A DNA stretch of 64,000 nucleotides, taken from the NCBI GenBank assembly GCA_951406725.2, contig OX597826.1, positions 80,042,001-80,106,000 of the forward strand, given 5' to 3'. The notes below the pieces were generated by a model that saw only the letters and a program-made list of their open reading frames with translations, was not told the DNA's origin and did no database searches. Made by a program: the position numbers and the translations under genes. Of the stretch, positions 58,040 to 64,000 are shown piece after piece (the first letter of the stretch is position 1; the number at the start of each line of letters is the position of its first letter). The DNA is from Octopus vulgaris. Its lineage: Eukaryota.

Positions 58040-58831
58040 TAGGTTTAAATACAAATTAGACATTAGGCAACAAAAACGTACGTCTGTCTCTCTAACTTAT
58101 GTGTCTGTGTATGTGAATGTTGTGTCTGATAACCTGAGTTACAGCAGTCTCTTTTAAAGTATTCCGCGCAAATGCAGCAACAGCAGCAGCAGCAGTAGTA
58201 GTAGTAGTAGTAGCAGCAGCAGCAGTCAGTCTGGTGAAAGTACGTTCTGCAGGAAGATAAGAGATGTGAGATCTTCCGACACAGCAATGGCGTAATTAAC
58301 GAAATATTCGCGATTGCAAGTTATCGAGTCATTCTTCGCTAATCAGACAATTCTCCAGCTACTGTCTGCTGTCTGCTTAATATTGTCGTGAAGAGCTGTA
58401 GCACTTTTATTTTTTTTAATTATTAAGTGCACGAGGTCATCTTTAGAATATAGGATTTCGAATCCGTGCATATTACAAGACAAATGACAAGTTTCAAACG
58501 TGAAAATTTGGACGAAGGATCAACTCGCAAGTAAAGCCTTTTTAGCTGAAATAAAATATCCAGCGAGTGATAGATACTTCTTTCTGAAAACTGAATTTAT
58601 TGTGAAAGCAACGTTACACGTACTTGCGACCGCACACAGATGTTGCGTTCATTGATGTCTATCTCGTGTACACTCCGATTAAATAGACGGATGATCGAGG
58701 AATTCCAGCAGTTAAAATCAATGATCCGGCTTGATGTTAAAATAAAAAAATTGTAAACTCATGCCAGGAATTTCCGCATCAGCATTGTTGTAGACGTCTC
58801 TACACAAAGCGAAAACCTGGTGGTAGAGCAG

Positions 58832-59168
58832 TTCTATATTTGAGAGATGAAGAATTATGTACATTATTTACATTATTTACATATGATGGATTACATTTGT
58901 TTTAAACACTACGCCATATTCCCACGAACATATGGCATAGTGGTTAAGAGCGCAGGCTACTAACCCCAAGATTCCGAGTTCGGTTCGATTCCAGGTAGTG
59001 ACCTGACTAATGATAATAATAACATCGGAAAAATACCTTAGGAACGAGAACCCAGTTTCAAAATTCCCCTAGGACACCTGATGAAGGCTGGAGAGCACAT
59101 CAGCCGAAACGTTGTGTTAACAACAAACAAGATGAGGACAAATATCTGTCTGTCAAATGTAAATAATT
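58832..59168 (+). mobile_element. tRNA-headed SINE-like element with 3' hammerhead
   Basis: A box TGGCATAGTGG (58933-58943), B box GTTCGATTC (58983-58991), hammerhead 59074-59117; short inverted copy of the 3' end on the left (ATTATTTACAT...ATTTGT). Confidence 0.72.
59074..59117 (+). ncRNA. Minimal type I hammerhead ribozyme
   Basis: ACAC-CTGATGA-A-GGCTG gagagcacat CAGCC-GAAAC-GTT-GTGT; palindromic AACGTT stem III region. Confidence 0.8.
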
Positions 59169-59463
59169 CAAAGATCCAAGACAGGTATGGATAAAGTTTT
59201 CGAGAAGTCGGCCGTGTCAGACATGGTTCATCACGTAGACGCAATACAAACATATTCAAAATCTTTTTATTTGTTAGATATGCCATTCAGAAAGGACAAA
59301 CGAGTCGCGAGCAGCTCCCGGGCCACAGCTTTCCCATTACTGATCTAAGATTACTATAAGTAAAGTTGCAACAATCGCGTGTTCATAAGTAAATTTATAT
59401 ACCTATGAATGTCTCTGTAGGTTTCACAACATATTCATAGATAAGTTGAAAAGGTGGTCTATA

Positions 59464-59811
59464 TATAAGGTCTATATATTTCTTTAAATTAATATACGGC
59501 AGGAAAAATTATAGAAATTTGTTTCTACCAGTGGCTAGCATGCATACAAAGTCAATAGACATATTTTTCAAATAAAAATTAGGGTACATTTAAACACAAA
59601 AGGTGGTGAGCTTTAACAATTCACCTTACATGCTAGAAGGAACAGTCAAAAAGTCCAAACCACAGTTAAGAGCAGTTTCGAAGGGAATGAAAAATTGCCC
59701 TTAACTGTGGTTTGGACTTTTTGACTGTTCCTTCTAGCATGTACGGAGACCTGTTAAGGCTCAACTCTTTTTGTGTTTAAATGTACACTAATTTTTATAA
59801 GGTCTATATAT
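59464..59811. mobile_element. Foldback element bounded by a 16-bp direct repeat
   Basis: ~107 bp inverted arms 59572-59678 and 59692-59798; left tail; TATAAGGTCTATATAT at 59464-59479 and 59796-59811. Confidence 0.75.
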
Positions 59812-60165
59812 ATGTAGATGTGTGAGTGTTATTATGCTGCTTCAAATATTGGCTAATTGTGTTCATCCGGAGATGGAGACAAAGGGATGTTAACATCTCT
59901 ACTAGGTTATTACTTTCAACACAATTTTTACACGTGAAAACCTCGCTGATATATAAACTGGTAAATAAAGCAGCAAAATCAACAGGCGGTCAAATTGTAG
60001 CTTGCTGTGTCCGTGATTCGGACAATCAGTTTTGTAACTAAGTTGGCATTGCCATTGAAGCAATGCTGACTGATTGGCAACGCGCCATCATTCCGTCAGG
60101 TGTGCGTGCGTATATATGTGTGTGTGTGGGCATGTGCGTATGTGAGAGCGCATGCGTGTGCATGC

Positions 60166-60200
<35 letters not shown>

Positions 60201-60856
60201 GCAGAGGAAAGATAACCTTCTACAACCTAGTGGCTTTAATAGGTTATCATGATGTCGATCTGGGAAGATTCAAAATCAGAAGTGACTTGTTATTGTTGTT
60301 GTGGTTGCTGTTTGTGTTGTTCTTATTGTTGTTGCTGTTGTTGTTTTCATCGTCATGATCGTTGTCATTGTTGTTGTTGTTGTTAATGTTCTTGTGGCTC
60401 TCCTTGCGTTTTTGCTTTTGTTCTTTTTTTGTTTTTTTTTTTTTGTTTTTCCATCCCCCTTCTTCTATTGTTGATGCTGATGCTGGTGATACTAGGCGAT
60501 GGCGGATACAGCGATAGCACTGCTACTGGCAGAACGTGTAGTTTTAGATATAGTCCCGCCGCCACCGCCGCCGCCGTCATCGTCAGGTTTGTTGTTGCTT
60601 CACCCTAGCCCCTCCCCCCTCATCTAGCATACCTAGAACGAAAATGATTCTATTCATGATTATCTCTTCTGTTTCTACATCGAGGACCCCGGTGCGGCTC
60701 TATGTAGCTCTCTTACTCTAAGAATAGATACAGTTCTCCTCTCCCGCAACATATTCTATTGATACAGGACCTGCACGGTTCAAAATGAAAGCTGTGTATT
60801 ATCTTATTACTGCTTACAATACACAGTATTTACCAGTCAGCCTCCTATCACATCAC

Positions 60857-61233
60857 TTTTCTACTCTAGACACAAGGCCCGAAGTTTTGGGGAGAGGACC
60901 ATTCGATTAGATCGACCCCAGTAAGCAACTGGTACTTAAAAGGATGAAAGGCAAAGTCGATCTCGGCGGAATTTGAACTCAGAACGTAAAGACAGACGAA
61001 ATGCCTATTTCTTTACTACCCACAAGGGGCTAAACACAGAGAGGACAAACAAAGACAAACATAGGTATTAAGTCGATTACATCGACCCCAGTACATAACT
61101 GGTACTTAATTTATCCCCGAAAGGATGAAAGGCAAAGTCGACCACGGCGGAATTTGAACTCAGAACGTAGCGGCAGACGAAATACCGCTAAGCATTTCGC
61201 CCGGCGTGCTAACATTTCTGCCAGCTCGCCACC
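60857..61233 (-). mobile_element. Same SINE family, dimeric form
   Basis: Two core copies; head GGCGAGCTGGCAGAAATGTTAGC on minus. Confidence 0.85.
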
Positions 61234-62111
61234 ATATATCACGTCACTAGTCTGATCAAAGCATCCCAGTCGTAAAATGGCAATTTTAGTTGGGTTTTTT
61301 TTCTTATCTGAGATTTTATCATCTAGTATAAATTTGTTTCGTTAAGACGGTAACATTTTATATGAGAGATATTTGTCTAATATTTGTAAAAGACAGTGTG
61401 AAGGATCTCCTGGTAACTCAGCCATACACATTTTGGCATTTCGATAGTTTCCACATAGAAACCCGAAACGGACCATAGCCATTGCGGAGAAAAAAAGACT
61501 GACCACACAATGAGGGAAGTCCATCTTTACGACTCGGACTGGTATGCACCAGTGAACAGAGCTGGGTTACGGACTGACAACAGAAGCGAATGCGTGCGAG
61601 GCGCATAGGTGACATCTTCGCACGCAGCACTTTGAGGTGCGTTTCTGAGACCCCGATTCCGACTACGAACTTTTCTTACACAACAACCTTCATGCTGATA
61701 TAAAGTCATCTCAGAAAGAAGATAAGCATCACATAATCTCATCTCAGCCTAAAGCCATGCATTATAACGAACACATTACTTCGGAACGGTAAGTAAAAGT
61801 ATAAGAATATAGAGAAACCATACCCAAACCAGTATTTCATTACAGGAACCACTCAAGAATGTTTGGTGGAAGAATATAAGAGGAGAAGAAATAGCGATTG
61901 CCAAAGAGAATGTTTGAAGGTTTGTTATCAGTTTTGTTTTTCTTTTTCTTTCATGGGTTGTTGTTTTTTTTTTGTGGTACTGACGCTTGGCAAAAGCACA
62001 AAACATAAATATATGTCCTACGGTTTGCGGTTTCAAAGAGAGAAATCATATACAGAATTTCGTAAAGTGCATATTATATCCAAATATTTCATCCTACATT
62101 CACATAAATAC

Positions 62112-62171
<60 letters not shown>

Positions 62172-62319
62172 ACGTATGAGTGCATGTATGTATATAGGTA
62201 TGTGTATATATATAGACACACGTACAGCCATATATATGTATATATATATATAGAGAGACATGTGTATATATATACACATATATATGTCTATACCATATAT
62301 ATATAGACATATGTATGTA

Positions 62320-62367
<48 letters not shown>

Positions 62368-62401
62368 TATACATATGTCTATATATAGAGACATATGTAT
62401 G

Positions 62402-62442
<41 letters not shown>

Positions 62443-63084
62443 CTACATGTGCCTTTTATGTCCACGTGTTTTTGTTGTTTTTTTTCTTCTAAGCTCCATA
62501 TTCGCATTCACCTCTGGTTTTTAGTGTATTTCTTTTTATTTCGCTTCGTATACGTTCGGGAAAGTCCCCTTGTGTCGTTGTTGTTGACGATGGCGAAGAA
62601 AAAGGTAAGCGATGGTAGTTAGGGTAGTGGAGGTGGTGGTGCTGTTGAGTGGTAGCGGTGGTGATGATGATTGTAGCACTAGTGGCTGTTATGATGATGA
62701 TGATGATGATGATGATGAGTTGAGAGAAGGGAAAGTGAAGAATGGAAATAACAGTAGACATTACGACTATGTTATATGAATGCACTTTTTGTCTGCGGTA
62801 TTCAAACGGCCCCACACTCAGATTCCACATTTTTATACGATCTATGAATGGGGTTGGGGGCCTCCATTAAACTACACCATGAATGCGCCATGAGCGAGCT
62901 TTTCAGAACATCGAATAATTCTTCATATTTCAACGTTTGTCTCTCCGTCTCTTCCCAAGATTTTCTGGAGTAACTCAGGTGAATAATTTACAAATTGCTG
63001 TTTTCTCCTTTACCGTTATTCGGCGACATCTAATGTTTTTTATCACCGAGTTTTAACCTTTTGAAGAAGAAACGCGCAAAATAT

Positions 63085-63247
63085 AGGCGGCGCAGGATAT
63101 GGTTGCGTGGTAAGAAGGTTGCTACTCAACTACATGATTCCGGGTTCAGTCTCACTGCGTGGCACCTTGGGCAAGTGAATTTTACTATGGCCTCTGACTG
63201 ACCAAAGCCTTGTGAGTGGATTTGGTCGACGGAAGCTGAAAAACTCC

Positions 63248-63334
<87 letters not shown>

Positions 63335-63640
63335 TGTATGTATGTATATGTATATATATATATATATATATACATACATATATATACATATATATATGTG
63401 TGTGTTTTGTGTGTATGTATATATATATATATATGTATGTATGTGCATGTGCGTGTGCGTCTTTCCGAATATCTACCTCACTACTCCGTGGCAACCGGTA
63501 CTGATGTGTTTATTTCCCCATGACATAGCGCTTCGGCAAAAGAGACCGATAGCATAAGTCCCAGGTTTAACGAAAAATAACTACTGGGGTCAATTCGTTC
63601 CCCAAGGCTTGCTCCAGCATGGCTGCAGTTTAATTACTGG
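63085..63640 (+). mobile_element. Second SINE family copy
   Basis: Head GGCGCAGGATATGGTTGCGTGGTAAG...GGGTTCAGTC, internal microsatellite, tail GCTCCAGCATGGCTGCAG. Confidence 0.8.
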
Positions 63641-64000
63641 AACAAGTATTACAAATAAGAGATAAAGATATGCGTTTAAAAATCGTACCACCGCGAGCTG
63701 CGGAAAGCGGTTTAATTATTCGTCCTCGAACAAACTCTGTCCTTATGCTGCAAGAAGCGAAATACCTTCTGTGACACATTTTATAAAAGACAATTTTTAT
63801 GTTTTTGGATTTGGTTTGCAAGATTCTTCATGTGAGTTTACATGTTGAAGCATGTTCTGTTGTGTCTAGGGAGAGCAATTCTCTTTCAGTGCCTTATAAT
63901 TTAACACACCCACCGGTAAAATTTCCACTCACGTACTTATTTTATTTTCTAAAAGTTCCGTTGCGTCTTGCAACCTTTTCAATAGTTGTAAATATGTGGA

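Noticed and set aside
58120-58260. CTG/CTA repeat as a signal-peptide (poly-Leu) first exon
   Set aside because: The poly-Leu frame is bounded by stops with no ATG; treated as a trinucleotide repeat.
58930-59000. Genuine tRNA gene (also 18303 and 30450-30520)
   Set aside because: A/B boxes are present, but there is no intact cloverleaf and each continues into a repeat body, so these are SINE heads.

Overview
AT-rich, microsatellite-saturated animal genomic DNA. The SINE families and repeat landscape look like an octopus/coleoid cephalopod (inference). Almost all ORFs in the supplied track are microsatellite artefacts. The one recognisable host gene is the 3' half of a minus-strand Cys-loop ligand-gated anion channel (GlyR-alpha/GluCl-like). 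It has three phase-compatible GT-AG exons (36710-36841, 34013-34401, 26051-26233) and an unusual pore and loop C; no upstream exons were found in the window. Mobile DNA includes mariner relics, Dong/R4-type non-LTR fragments in (TAA)n tracts and several tRNA-derived SINE families, one expanded into a higher-order tandem array. The most striking signal is a set of at least 7 'tail + inverted arms' foldback elements, mostly inserted in (TA)n-type tracts. Four of them carry type I hammerhead ribozyme motifs on both strands. There is also a tRNA-headed SINE ending in a hammerhead and a tandem pair of minimal hammerheads. Together these look like a non-coding, Penelope-pLTR/retrozyme-like, microsatellite-associated ribozyme element system.
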